Assembly: GCA_942493105.1 (NCBI GenBank)
Contig: OW818668.1
Span: 1,020,001-1,052,000, forward strand
Source of the DNA: an uncultured Erysipelotrichaceae bacterium
GTDB taxonomy: Bacteria > Bacillota_I > Bacilli_A > Erysipelotrichales > Erysipelotrichaceae
Direction of reading: 5' to 3'
Length of the DNA: 32,000 bases
The position numbers and the translations under genes were made by a program. The notes beneath the pieces are model-generated. The model saw only the letters and a list, made by a program, of their open reading frames with translations. It was not told the origin of the DNA and did no database searches. Positions 7,776-17,100 of this stretch are shown here, in pieces. Positions within the stretch are counted from its first letter, which is position 1; each line of letters opens with the position of its first letter.

Positions 7776-10069
7776 ATTATAGAACACTGACCCCTACTTT
7801 TTTACTGTCTTCAACACCATCTTCTAAGAAAATACAGGTTCCGATTCAAAATGGAGAAGTATATCCTTCTTTTGATCAGCAAGCCAATCCTCGCATTGAA
7901 CTCAAAGGCACATGGAAAAAACAACGTGTCAATGATCCAAAGCTCAGTATTCGGATCCGTGATGAATCCACCATCCAAAAACTTAGAAATGAAATCAAAG
8001 GGATCACTTTGTCTACTTTTGATGAATATGGTCTTTTTGAGCATGAATTGCCTGGCGTAGAAAATAAGATCGCACATAAAGCTTTGGCTCATGGGAAAGG
8101 TATGGAAACCTATGAAGCCGGAGTTTGGTATCGAAAAGTCATTACAGTTCATAAAGAAATAAACAAGGTCTATCTGTTTAAAGCATTGGCGATGAGCTAT
8201 ATCTCGGATTTATTTATCAACGATATATATATTGGAACTCATGAAGGTAGTTTCAATGCCTTTTCCTATGATGTATCTAAAGCTTTGATTGATGGAGACA
8301 ATGTCTTTGCGATCAGGGTCCATAACATACCTTGGGGCAGTAGAATTGATGTGATTCCAGCTCAAGAGGGGACCGATTACTTTAACTATACTGGTGTCAT
8401 CCATGATTTCTGGATCGATGTTTTACCAGAAGTATCGATTCGAAGAGTTGACCTTGTTCCTTTAAGTTTAAAACAAACTGAAGTGACGATCATCGCACGA
8501 AACAATACAAACACTGAAGTCACCTTGCCTTTGTCTTTTGAATTATTCTCAACCAAGATCAATTCTAAAAATGTTGGGACAAGCAAATCCAGCGACTTGT
8601 GTGACAAGAAAATCAGGACTCTAGAAAATCAAACGTTGACGATTGGGGCAAACAAATTTGATCTGTTGCGTTTCTTCATCGATACCTCAGACATCAAACC
8701 TTGGGGTTTGCTTGATCCAAATATGGTTGTCTTAAAGACAACTTCACCTTATGAAACCCTTCACCATGAATTTGGGGTCAGAACACTATCGACCTCAACT
8801 CAATCCATTTTACTTAACGGAAAAGCTGTTTTCTTGAATGGAATGGCTCGTCATGAAGAAAACATGCATCGCGGAAGAAGCTTGACCCATGAGGAAATCG
8901 TAGAAGAATGTCTGCGATTAAAAGAACTGAATGTGAATTTTACCCGTACGGCTCATTATCCCAATCATCCTTTAACCTATCGGATTTGTGATCGTTTAGG
9001 GATTGCAGCGATGATGGAAGTTCCTTTGTGGCAACATGAGGATGTTCACTTCAAAACACAGATCAAACGTAAGATCGATCTACAGATGTGGCGTGAAATG
9101 ATCTTTGCCCAAAGAAATCGACCTTCTGTCTTTTTATGGTCGACTCAAAATGAATGCAATGGGAATCTATATCGCCTTGCTTATAATCGTTTATTGGTCA
9201 ATGATTTAAAAAATAACTTCCCGGATGGTCGTTTAACGACGCAATCGGCTGCAGCAGATCGTCCAGGTTACAGTGATCCCAGTATGCGTGTTTTAGATGT
9301 TTTAGGCTACACTTTATACTTTGGGGTATTTCATGGCCAAGAACACGATACTGAACATCCTTACTTGGATCAAGCCTATAGTGGTACCCGAGCTTTCTTA
9401 GAAAATGCACATCGTTTTCATAAAAAACCAGTGTTGGTCAGTGAATATGGGATATGGAGCTCTACAGGTGAACAGGCTCAAATCGACCTTACGATCAATA
9501 ATCTTAGAGCATTTATTGAACTAAGAAACCTTGATTTTAATAACCAAGAAACCAATCATGGATTTGTCAGTGGGATCAATTATTGGACCATCAATGACTG
9601 GTTTTGTAATCATAACCTATGGATTCAATCTATGGGCTTTAAAAACATGGATCGTAGCCCAAAATTGATCGAAAATCGCTTAAAACCATTGTTTAAAAGC
9701 TTGATATCAGCTTCTTTTGAGCCTCAGAAGGATCATAATCTGTTTAAAGGACATTTATATATCACAGGTCCAAAAGCAGTGCTCTATGTCAACAAAAGCG
9801 GTTTCGATGCCTCTAAAATGCCATATTTGGTCATAAGGGCAGATGATCCAATGTTTGATGATGGATTTGATCTCATGATTACCCATAAGAATGGTGAAAA
9901 TAGAATTCTAAGTGTCGAGAAATGTGAAGAGATCATGGTTTTTCATCTGTGGACCATTGAACCTGATTTCCTAAAACAAATGGTAGCGCTTACCTTGTTG
10001 AGCACTTCTGATGAACGTCGTTTACATGTGCGGCAAATCGATTGTTGTACAAGTCTTAAAAAAAGATGA
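7772..10069 (+). CDS. GH2-like glycoside hydrolase (specificity unknown) with extra N- and C-terminal regions
   Basis: ATGA overlap with the upstream GH3. GH2-type sugar-binding domain ('GVWYRKVITV', 'NVFAIRVHN'). TIM-barrel motifs 'NFTRTAHYPNHP', 'FLWSTQNECNG' (acid/base) and 'PVLVSEYGIWS' (nucleophile). No signal peptide. Confidence 0.75.
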   Translation: MNYRTLTPTFLLSSTPSSKKIQVPIQNGEVYPSFDQQANPRIELKGTWKKQRVNDPKLSIRIRDESTIQKLRNEIKGITLSTFDEYGLFEHELPGVENKIAHKALAHGKGMETYEAGVWYRKVITVHKEINKVYLFKALAMSYISDLFINDIYIGTHEGSFNAFSYDVSKALIDGDNVFAIRVHNIPWGSRIDVIPAQEGTDYFNYTGVIHDFWIDVLPEVSIRRVDLVPLSLKQTEVTIIARNNTNTEVTLPLSFELFSTKINSKNVGTSKSSDLCDKKIRTLENQTLTIGANKFDLLRFFIDTSDIKPWGLLDPNMVVLKTTSPYETLHHEFGVRTLSTSTQSILLNGKAVFLNGMARHEENMHRGRSLTHEEIVEECLRLKELNVNFTRTAHYPNHPLTYRICDRLGIAAMMEVPLWQHEDVHFKTQIKRKIDLQMWREMIFAQRNRPSVFLWSTQNECNGNLYRLAYNRLLVNDLKNNFPDGRLTTQSAAADRPGYSDPSMRVLDVLGYTLYFGVFHGQEHDTEHPYLDQAYSGTRAFLENAHRFHKKPVLVSEYGIWSSTGEQAQIDLTINNLRAFIELRNLDFNNQETNHGFVSGINYWTINDWFCNHNLWIQSMGFKNMDRSPKLIENRLKPLFKSLISASFEPQKDHNLFKGHLYITGPKAVLYVNKSGFDASKMPYLVIRADDPMFDDGFDLMITHKNGENRILSVEKCEEIMVFHLWTIEPDFLKQMVALTLLSTSDERRLHVRQIDCCTSLKKR

Positions 10070-10078
10070 ACAAAAGTA

Positions 10079-10094
10079 TTGAAAGCGTTTTCGT
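10079..10094. promoter_or_regulatory. Operator-like motif, site C (TTGAAAGCGTTTTCGT)
   Basis: It lies 10 nt after the GH2-like stop and 45 nt before the SBP start. It overlaps a possible -35 TTGAAA (10079-10084), which sits 17 bp from a possible -10 TAAGAT (10102-10107). Of the five copies it is the closest to the cre consensus. Confidence 0.55.
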
Positions 10095-10138
10095 TTTTTG
10101 TTAAGATGTGTTTAGAATTAATCCATTAGGAGGAAACA

Positions 10139-11746
10139 ATGAAGAAAATTCTATTAGTATTGGTAGCGTTAGCATTCATTGGCTCTACATTAACTGGATG
10201 TTCAAGTTATAAGGCACTCGACAAGAAAATTGCCGGCGAGATCACCATTATGTTGTGGTCAGGCGACGGCGTTTATGCTGAGGACATTGGCCATAAGAAC
10301 TTGACACCGGCTGATTTAAAGGGTCAAAACAACGCTGCAGTCTATGCAGTTGCGAAAGCTTTCAATGAAGTTTATCCGAATGTTAAAGTAAATGTATTTG
10401 CCAAGAGCGCAGGACCAAATGATGGCGGCGTATCCTGGACACAAGAATTAGAAAACTTCAAAGCTGAACACGGAAAATATCCTGATGTTTATGCTTCAAC
10501 CGATTTGCCAGGCGATGTTGCCAGAGGCTTCGTTGCTGATTTGTCCGTATTTAAGAATGATCCTTTATACAAATCATTCAATAAATCCGTCATGGCTATG
10601 ATGAACTACTATGGCTTCCAAGCCGGTATCCCACAGTTCCTACAACCTTGGGGCGTTTACATCAATAAAGCTTTGGCTGAAGAATACAACTTAGATGTTC
10701 CAGATCCTGATTGGACCATCGATGAATACACAGATTTCGTTAACTCTGCTGACGGTGTAAATTTCTGGGGCTCGATGGACGTCGAAATGGACTTCATCCG
10801 TACTGGTGTTAAAACATTTGAACAACAGATGTTAAACTATAAAGGCACTGGAGATTTCGTCAACGTTGCTTCTGACGAAGTTAAAGCCTTGCTAGACTAC
10901 GTTCCGGATTGGGCTTCTTCAGCTGTTTATCCACAAAGAGATTTAGGTTTAGTATCCGATGAAGTTTTCAATGCCAACTGGGGTTGGAGCCATAAATTCT
11001 TCTTGGAAAACAAGATCTTGACCAATGCTGGCGATCCTTGGATGATGGGCGACTGTGCCAATCCAACTCCTGGACACTGGGCTGCATGTAAATCCACAGA
11101 CTGGGATATTTACCCACGTCCGTCTACTCCTTATCAGAAGAACACCGTTGGTGTCGTATTGGATCCAATGGCTGTCTATAACCAATGTATGAATGATGGA
11201 AATGTTGCTTGTTCAACAGAAGAAACAGCTCAGATCAAATTGGCTTATACCTTTGCTTCATTCTTCGCTGGTGATACATCTGCTTGGCAGGCTCGCGCCG
11301 ACCAAACCTTCATGGATGGAGAAGCTGAAAAAACATCCTTGAATGATTCCTTACCACTCGTTACCGGAAAAGCCTTTGATGAACAAATGGCCATCTGGTA
11401 TTCCACTCCTACCCATGCTCGTTTCAAAGATGCAGCTGTTATGCCAGGTTGGCATGAAGTTCTGAGAATCTGGGAAGCTGGCCAGTTCTGGGCTATTTCA
11501 GACAAAGCAACCGTTTGGACCTATAATTATGAAGGTGCAAGCCGTCCTATTCTATATGAATGGTTGAATGCTTGGCAGGTTGATATTGCTGGTGCAGTTC
11601 GTACAGATGCCAATTGGCCAAATGAAGTGAAGTCAAGATTAGCGGATTGGAACACACAGTTCAATGCCCGTTACCAAGAATCTTCAAAGAGTTTAGTCAA
11701 AGGCTTAAAAGATTTCTACGGCTTCAAAGACGCAGACTTCAAATAA
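10139..11746 (+). CDS. Extracellular solute-binding lipoprotein of a CUT1-type sugar ABC importer (large LplA/LipO-like type)
   Basis: Strong SD AGGAGG 5 nt upstream. Signal peptide with lipobox 'STLTGC'. 535 aa with SBP-like content ('ITIMLWSG', 'YGFQAGIPQ'). Followed by a strong terminator. Confidence 0.85.
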   Translation: MKKILLVLVALAFIGSTLTGCSSYKALDKKIAGEITIMLWSGDGVYAEDIGHKNLTPADLKGQNNAAVYAVAKAFNEVYPNVKVNVFAKSAGPNDGGVSWTQELENFKAEHGKYPDVYASTDLPGDVARGFVADLSVFKNDPLYKSFNKSVMAMMNYYGFQAGIPQFLQPWGVYINKALAEEYNLDVPDPDWTIDEYTDFVNSADGVNFWGSMDVEMDFIRTGVKTFEQQMLNYKGTGDFVNVASDEVKALLDYVPDWASSAVYPQRDLGLVSDEVFNANWGWSHKFFLENKILTNAGDPWMMGDCANPTPGHWAACKSTDWDIYPRPSTPYQKNTVGVVLDPMAVYNQCMNDGNVACSTEETAQIKLAYTFASFFAGDTSAWQARADQTFMDGEAEKTSLNDSLPLVTGKAFDEQMAIWYSTPTHARFKDAAVMPGWHEVLRIWEAGQFWAISDKATVWTYNYEGASRPILYEWLNAWQVDIAGAVRTDANWPNEVKSRLADWNTQFNARYQESSKSLVKGLKDFYGFKDADFK

Positions 11747-11758
11747 TCATGAGCTAAA

Positions 11759-11784
11759 GGCACCCTAAAAAGGGTGCCTTTTTT
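11759..11784 (+). terminator. Rho-independent terminator after the SBP gene
   Basis: GGCACCCT-aaaa-AGGGTGCC followed by TTTTTT. Confidence 0.8.
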
Positions 11785-11800
11785 AATGGTTTACTTAAAT

Positions 11801-11816
11801 ACGAAACCGCTTTCTT
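11801..11816. promoter_or_regulatory. Operator-like motif, site D (ACGAAACCGCTTTCTT)
   Basis: It abuts the putative -35 of the long operon promoter. It shares the ACGAAA-N-CG-N-TTTC core. Confidence 0.5.
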
Positions 11817-11843
11817 GATTTGTGAGATGAACTTTGGTAAAAT
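11815..11843 (+). promoter_or_regulatory. Putative promoter of the ~15-kb operon (-35 TTGATT, 17-bp spacer, extended -10 TGgTAAAAT)
   Basis: TTGATT at 11815-11820 and TGGTAAAAT at 11835-11843. The ATG at 11853 is only 9 nt after the -10, and no SD is present. Confidence 0.55.
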
Positions 11844-11852
11844 AATGATGAT

Positions 11853-13259
11853 ATGAAATCAAGCGCCATAAATACAAAAATAGTTGTCATCGGCGCAGGG
11901 AGCGCTTCCTTTGGATTAGTGAATTTAGGCGCCATCATACGTCATCCAAAATTAAAAGGAATCCACCTAAGTCTTGTTGATATCAATGAGTCAGGTTTGG
12001 GTTTGATCACTCAGTTGGCTCAACGGTTGAATCGTGAATGGGATGCGCAAATGACCATCACTTCGACTACTGATCGGACTGAAGTTTTATCAGGAGCAGA
12101 TTTTATCATCTTGTCGGTTGCGATCGATCGCGAACAATGTTGGAAACAGGATGTTGATATTGCTTTGAAATATGGCATACATCATTATGGTGAAAATGGT
12201 GGACCGGGTGCTTTGATGCATACTGCTCGTAATGTGGCTTTGATTTTGCCTATACTAAAAGATATAGAGCGATTGTGTCCTCAAGCTATGGTTTTAAATT
12301 TTACCAATCCTGTTCCACGCATCAATATAGCTGCTGCACGCTATACGAAAGTTAAAATGGTTGGGGTCTGTCATCAGATTGATTTTGGATATATGATGAG
12401 TGCTAAAATCCTACAAAGTGAGTTTGGATTTAAGATTCCCAAAGACTATCGCTTTACTTGGGATGGGGGCTGGGATCATTTCGGAAGCATGGTTCAACAG
12501 GCATCAGATCGCTTCGATATCTTAGCTGCAGGTATCAATCACTTTTCTTGGTATTTATCGATCAAAGACAAACAAACAGGTCAGGAACTCTTACCTTTGT
12601 TTAAAGAAAACTTTCTAAACAAATATCCTGAATTTGAACCTTATACCCGTAAGATCCTCAGTGTCTTCAAAGAATTGCCGATAGGTGGAGATTGTCATAT
12701 GTTGGAGTATTTGCCCTTTACCCATAACGATGCAAAGAAGAGTTGGGAACGATATGACATACAAATGTATCCGCTATTGAAAGCTGAAGCGGATCGCCAT
12801 GAAATGTGGAAAGAAATCGAAGAGATGGCCAGTGGCAAAGGCGATATCGATCATTTGCTGCATACCCATACTGAACGCGCTGAACAGATCATGTGTGCAA
12901 TGATGCATGATGAACCAATCATAGACCAAGCTGTGAACATTCCAAATCAAGGTTATATCACCAATCTTCCTGAAGGTGCCATCGTAGAAGTTCCCGCCAC
13001 GATCTCAAAAGAAGGTATAAAAGGCATGGTGGTTGGTCCTTTACCTGATATCGCAGCCCTGTGGTGTAGAAGACAGATTGAGGTCGCTGAAATGTCAGTT
13101 AAAGCCTCTGTGACAGGCGACAAAGCACTCATGCTTCAAGCCTTGTTGATGGATCCTATGATAGATGATATTGACCAAGCAGAAGCATTACTTGATGAAT
13201 ATTTATTGGCCAACGAAAAGTATCTTCCCCAGTTTTTTAAAAAAGGAGAATGGATATGA
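11853..13259 (+). CDS. GH4 family NAD+/Mn2+-dependent glycosidase (LplD / alpha-glycosidase-like; specificity unknown)
   Basis: Rossmann motif 'KIVVIGAGSASFG'. GH4 motifs 'LNFTNPV', 'VGVCHQ' and 'AGINHFSW'. 468 aa. The stop TGA overlaps the next ATG (ATGA at 13256-13259). Confidence 0.88.
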   Translation: MKSSAINTKIVVIGAGSASFGLVNLGAIIRHPKLKGIHLSLVDINESGLGLITQLAQRLNREWDAQMTITSTTDRTEVLSGADFIILSVAIDREQCWKQDVDIALKYGIHHYGENGGPGALMHTARNVALILPILKDIERLCPQAMVLNFTNPVPRINIAAARYTKVKMVGVCHQIDFGYMMSAKILQSEFGFKIPKDYRFTWDGGWDHFGSMVQQASDRFDILAAGINHFSWYLSIKDKQTGQELLPLFKENFLNKYPEFEPYTRKILSVFKELPIGGDCHMLEYLPFTHNDAKKSWERYDIQMYPLLKAEADRHEMWKEIEEMASGKGDIDHLLHTHTERAEQIMCAMMHDEPIIDQAVNIPNQGYITNLPEGAIVEVPATISKEGIKGMVVGPLPDIAALWCRRQIEVAEMSVKASVTGDKALMLQALLMDPMIDDIDQAEALLDEYLLANEKYLPQFFKKGEWI

Positions 13260-16159
13260 AAAGAATACCTGCCCTGTTCTTAACGATGATCTTGATCTTA
13301 AGTGGTCTTTCAGGTTGTCAAAGCAGCTCAAGTGTGAAAACCTACACCGATGCTCAGAAGGAAGAAGCATATGCTTATCTGCTTGAAGGCTTGAATCAAA
13401 GCACGCCTTTTTATGCGGATTATCAAAAAGAATTATCAAAACCAGGGATCCAAGAAGAAACTCAAATCAACACCGAGGCCTTGACGATTGGAGCCTATGG
13501 TTCGGTTGATTTTTCATTTAATCTTGCAAGCGCTTACACCTCTCAATTGCGTTTGGTGTATCAAGTTGCACCAGGCACTTTATTGTCTCCGATCTTATCA
13601 GTCAATATCAATGGAAAGTCACCTTTCGTAGAAGCTTTATCGATCGATGTGGCTTTGAATTGGTTTAGCGATACCTCACATTTTCCTTTGGATTCTTACC
13701 AAGACGAGTCCTTACCTTCACAAACTGTGGATACTTCAGTTAGATTCCTAGATTTCTATGATACTTTACACAGTAGTTCTCAACCTTTGAAGTTTGAATT
13801 TAAAGCAGGTGAGAACACAGTAAGTTTTACCAATGTTTCTTCGAGTCCACTGACGATTTTAAAAGTTAGTTTGATGCCGATCGATGAAAGACCAACTTAT
13901 GCTTCATATTCGGCAGGCTTAACGAAAACATCAAAACCCAATATTTTGGTTGACGCGGTACGTTATGCTTCAAAAAACTCATCGTTTGTTCGTTTGAGCT
14001 CATATGGTTCACCTTCAGTTTCTCCATATTCTGTGAAGACAAAACTATTAAATATCATTGATGGGATGGCTTGGAACAAAGCAGGGCAGTCTGTGTCTTA
14101 TACCGTGAATGTCGAAGAAAGCGGAGCATATGCTTTGGCTCTGCATTATTTAAACGACAAGACAGATTTCCAGGTCTTTAGATCGATTTTGATCGATGGG
14201 GTCATTCCCTTTAAAGAAGCACAAGCCTATGCTTTTGATTATACAGGTGGTGGTACTTGGCGCGTAGAAGTACTGCAAGATAACAATAAGAATCCGTATT
14301 TATTTGAACTATCAAAAGGAACCCATACGATTACGTTTGTGGCTGAATCTGAACCTTTGATTCCAGCCTTGACCACGATGCGTAATCTGATTGCTCATAT
14401 CAATGCCTTTGCATTGGATATACGAAAAATCACAGGAAGAGACATCGATCGTAACCGAACATGGAAATTGACCAATTTCTTACCAGAAACACAGAAGAAT
14501 CTAGAGTCTTATAAAGTTTTGATCAGTCGTTTGGTCAGTGATTTGTCTATTTATGCCAATAACGGGACCGCTTCTTCCGCTTTATCCTATATGATCAAAG
14601 CTTTGGTTAAGATAGATAAGATGCTTGAAAAACCTGATGAATTGCCTTTGTATCTGGATGATCTTTATAGTGCTACCGGTTCTGTTACAGAAATGCTAGG
14701 CAATACATTAACTTCACTTCAAAGTCAAGCCTTGTCTTTAGACAGCTTTGCGTTTTATACCGATAAACAACCGTTGATTGCGGAAGCATCATTTATGGAT
14801 GTTGCCAGTTCGTCGCTGCTTAGTTTCGTCAACTCTTTCACGTCAAAAAAATACATCGCTAAAAAAGATCCAAACGTTTTAAATGTCTGGGTCAATCGTT
14901 CGATTACTTATGTTGATACAATGCAGAAACTGGTCGATCAGACATTTACGGCACAAACTGGGATCAAAGTCAAGATTTCAGTCATGCCTGATGTCAATAA
15001 ACTGATCTTAGCTAATGCAACCAATGAAGCACCAGATGTCGCTTTGGGATTACCTTCTTATATGCCTTATGAATTTGCGATACGTGATGCTTCATATCAG
15101 CTGAGTTCTTTCCCTGACTTTTGGAAGACAGTGGCCAATATGCCAGCTGGATCCATGGTTCCATATGTCCTTAATGAACAAGTCTATGCAATTCCTGAAA
15201 CCTTAGATTTCCATGCGATCATTTATCGTAAAGACATTTTCGAGAATATTGATTTAACGGTACCTGACACTTGGCAAGATGTCATCGATATGTTACCTGA
15301 ACTTCAACGATATGGGATGAACTTCTATCATCTGACGGCAGGCGGAACTGCCTTGAAATGGTATTATCAGACCAGTCCTTTCGTTTATCAGTTTGAAGGT
15401 GAATTGTATGCGGATGATGGTTATAGCTCAAACATCGATTCGCCTGAAACGGTTGCGGGTTTAAAATTCATGACCGATTTGTTTATTAAATATGCGATTC
15501 CTGAACAAGTGGCTTCGTTTTATAACGGATTTAGATTTGGATCTTTACCGGTTGGGATCGCTGATTTTGCGACTTACCTACAAATCAAAAATGCAGCTTC
15601 TGAGCTGACTGGCTTATGGGCACTATCACCATATCCTGGTATTGAAAACAAAGAAGGTAAAATTCTTCGTTGGGACATCGTCAATGGGACTGCAGGCATC
15701 ATCTTTAAGAGTACTAAATTTGCAGACAATAGTTGGGACTTCATGAAGTGGTGGACTTCAACTGAGACTCAGACAGCTTTTGCGTATTCTCTGCAATCGA
15801 CTTATGGACCTGAATATGTCTGGTTATCCAGTAATCTGGAAGCGGTTCAAAATGCTCCGATCGATGCGGCCGATAAACAAGTCATGCTTGAACAATTCAA
15901 ATGGATCAATGATGTGCCTCGCTTACCTGGTGGCTATATGTTAGAACGAGGACTATCCGATATTTGGAACACAACTGTCCTACAAGGGACTCCGATCAGA
16001 GTTGCGATCGATCGTCAGAAGATCACCATCGATCGTGAAATTAAACGTAAGATGATTGAATTTGGATACATCAATGCGGATGGCAGTGCAGCTAAACCTT
16101 ATGTCATAAGAGGTGTCGATTGGATCCAAGCCCAAATCGATTCGGCTAAGGAGGATTGA
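13256..16159 (+). CDS. Giant lipoprotein: N-terminal ~535-aa extension (two CBM-like beta-sandwich segments plus a helical region) fused to a family-1 extracellular solute-binding domain
   Basis: ATG 13256 lies 8 nt after GGAG (ATG 13250 is too close to the SD). Lipobox 'LSGLSGC'. The C-terminal half from about nt 14870 is SBP-like ('LNVWVNRS', '[21 protein letters not shown]', '[15 protein letters not shown]'). The N-terminal half has no obvious family match by eye. Confidence 0.8.
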   Translation: MKRIPALFLTMILILSGLSGCQSSSSVKTYTDAQKEEAYAYLLEGLNQSTPFYADYQKELSKPGIQEETQINTEALTIGAYGSVDFSFNLASAYTSQLRLVYQVAPGTLLSPILSVNINGKSPFVEALSIDVALNWFSDTSHFPLDSYQDESLPSQTVDTSVRFLDFYDTLHSSSQPLKFEFKAGENTVSFTNVSSSPLTILKVSLMPIDERPTYASYSAGLTKTSKPNILVDAVRYASKNSSFVRLSSYGSPSVSPYSVKTKLLNIIDGMAWNKAGQSVSYTVNVEESGAYALALHYLNDKTDFQVFRSILIDGVIPFKEAQAYAFDYTGGGTWRVEVLQDNNKNPYLFELSKGTHTITFVAESEPLIPALTTMRNLIAHINAFALDIRKITGRDIDRNRTWKLTNFLPETQKNLESYKVLISRLVSDLSIYANNGTASSALSYMIKALVKIDKMLEKPDELPLYLDDLYSATGSVTEMLGNTLTSLQSQALSLDSFAFYTDKQPLIAEASFMDVASSSLLSFVNSFTSKKYIAKKDPNVLNVWVNRSITYVDTMQKLVDQTFTAQTGIKVKISVMPDVNKLILANATNEAPDVALGLPSYMPYEFAIRDASYQLSSFPDFWKTVANMPAGSMVPYVLNEQVYAIPETLDFHAIIYRKDIFENIDLTVPDTWQDVIDMLPELQRYGMNFYHLTAGGTALKWYYQTSPFVYQFEGELYADDGYSSNIDSPETVAGLKFMTDLFIKYAIPEQVASFYNGFRFGSLPVGIADFATYLQIKNAASELTGLWALSPYPGIENKEGKILRWDIVNGTAGIIFKSTKFADNSWDFMKWWTSTETQTAFAYSLQSTYGPEYVWLSSNLEAVQNAPIDAADKQVMLEQFKWINDVPRLPGGYMLERGLSDIWNTTVLQGTPIRVAIDRQKITIDREIKRKMIEFGYINADGSAAKPYVIRGVDWIQAQIDSAKED

Positions 16160-16160
16160 C

Positions 16161-17099
16161 ATGAAACTCTCACAACGCATCAGAAAAGCTTTTGTGGATA
16201 AAGCTGGCGAATCTACATTCATGGATTATATGACGATCTTTTGGATGTTGCTTCCGTATGCTTTGTTGTTCTCTTTGTTTGTTGCGATTCCTGTAGCTTT
16301 AGCCATAGGATTATCCCTGACTTACTTCAATACGATCCAGTTTCCTGAATTCAAAGGTTTCTTAAACTACATTACACTGTTGACTCAAGATGAAGTCTTC
16401 TTAAAATTCGTCTTGCCCAACACATTTAAATATGCCTTGATCATTGGACCAGGAGGTTATTTCCTGTCTTTTATCCTTGCGTGGATGTTGGCTCAAATCA
16501 CACCTAAAATGAGAACCATCATTGCTTTGGCTTTATATACCCCATCTATGGTTGGGGGTGTCTTTATCTCAGTCGTATGGAGAACCTTGTTTTCAGGGGA
16601 TGAGGCAGGCTATATCAATGCCTTACTGATGGAGTGGGGTTGGATCGTACGCCCCATTCAGTTCCTTCAATCGCCTGAATATCTCATGAATATTATGATC
16701 GTAGTAGGTCTTTGGTCAGCGATGGGGATTGGATTCTTGGCGATGTTGGCTGGGATCTTAAACACCAATGAAGAACTCTATGAAGCCGCCTATATCGATG
16801 GGATCAAGAATAAACTTCAAGAAGTCATCTACATCACCATTCCTTCCATGCGCTCACAGATGTTGTTTGGAGCTGTCATGGCGATCGTTGGGGCATTCAA
16901 CAGCGGCTGGATCGGAGTGGCTTTATCAGGTACAAATCCTACCCCTCAATATGCAGGCCAGCTCATCATCAATCATATTGAAGATTACGGCTTTATTCGA
17001 TATGAGATGGGTTATGCGGCTGCGGTATCTGTGGCATTACTGCTGATCATCTGGAGTTTTTCTAAAGTAGCTTACCGTTTATTCGGAGAAAGGGACTGA
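16161..17099 (+). CDS. Sugar ABC transporter permease (MalF/LplB-like), pair 1
   Basis: ATG 16161 lies 6 nt after AAGGAGG. Six TM helices. EAA loop '[23 protein letters not shown]'. Confidence 0.9.
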   Translation: MKLSQRIRKAFVDKAGESTFMDYMTIFWMLLPYALLFSLFVAIPVALAIGLSLTYFNTIQFPEFKGFLNYITLLTQDEVFLKFVLPNTFKYALIIGPGGYFLSFILAWMLAQITPKMRTIIALALYTPSMVGGVFISVVWRTLFSGDEAGYINALLMEWGWIVRPIQFLQSPEYLMNIMIVVGLWSAMGIGFLAMLAGILNTNEELYEAAYIDGIKNKLQEVIYITIPSMRSQMLFGAVMAIVGAFNSGWIGVALSGTNPTPQYAGQLIINHIEDYGFIRYEMGYAAAVSVALLLIIWSFSKVAYRLFGERD

Positions 17100-17100
17100 T

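Noticed and set aside
10079-10094. Reading the five palindromes simply as CcpA cre sites
   Set aside because: This is only partly rejected. Site C fits TGWAANCGNTNWCA well, but sites A, B, D and E have CG instead of the conserved TG at the left edge. All five are confined to this locus's promoters next to a local LacI-family gene. A dual role cannot be excluded without a genome-wide scan.
11845-11856. Mini-ORF ATG-ATG-ATA-TGA overlapping the GH4 start codon, as a possible upstream leader peptide
   Set aside because: It has only three codons, no SD and no associated attenuator structure. It most likely arose by chance in an AT-rich promoter region.
13165-13439. Two short ORFs (73 aa on the plus strand, 78 aa on the minus strand) over the GH4 / giant-SBP junction
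   Set aside because: The GH4 C-terminus and the SBP signal peptide fully account for this DNA in other frames. The ATGA coupling at 13256-13259 explains the junction.
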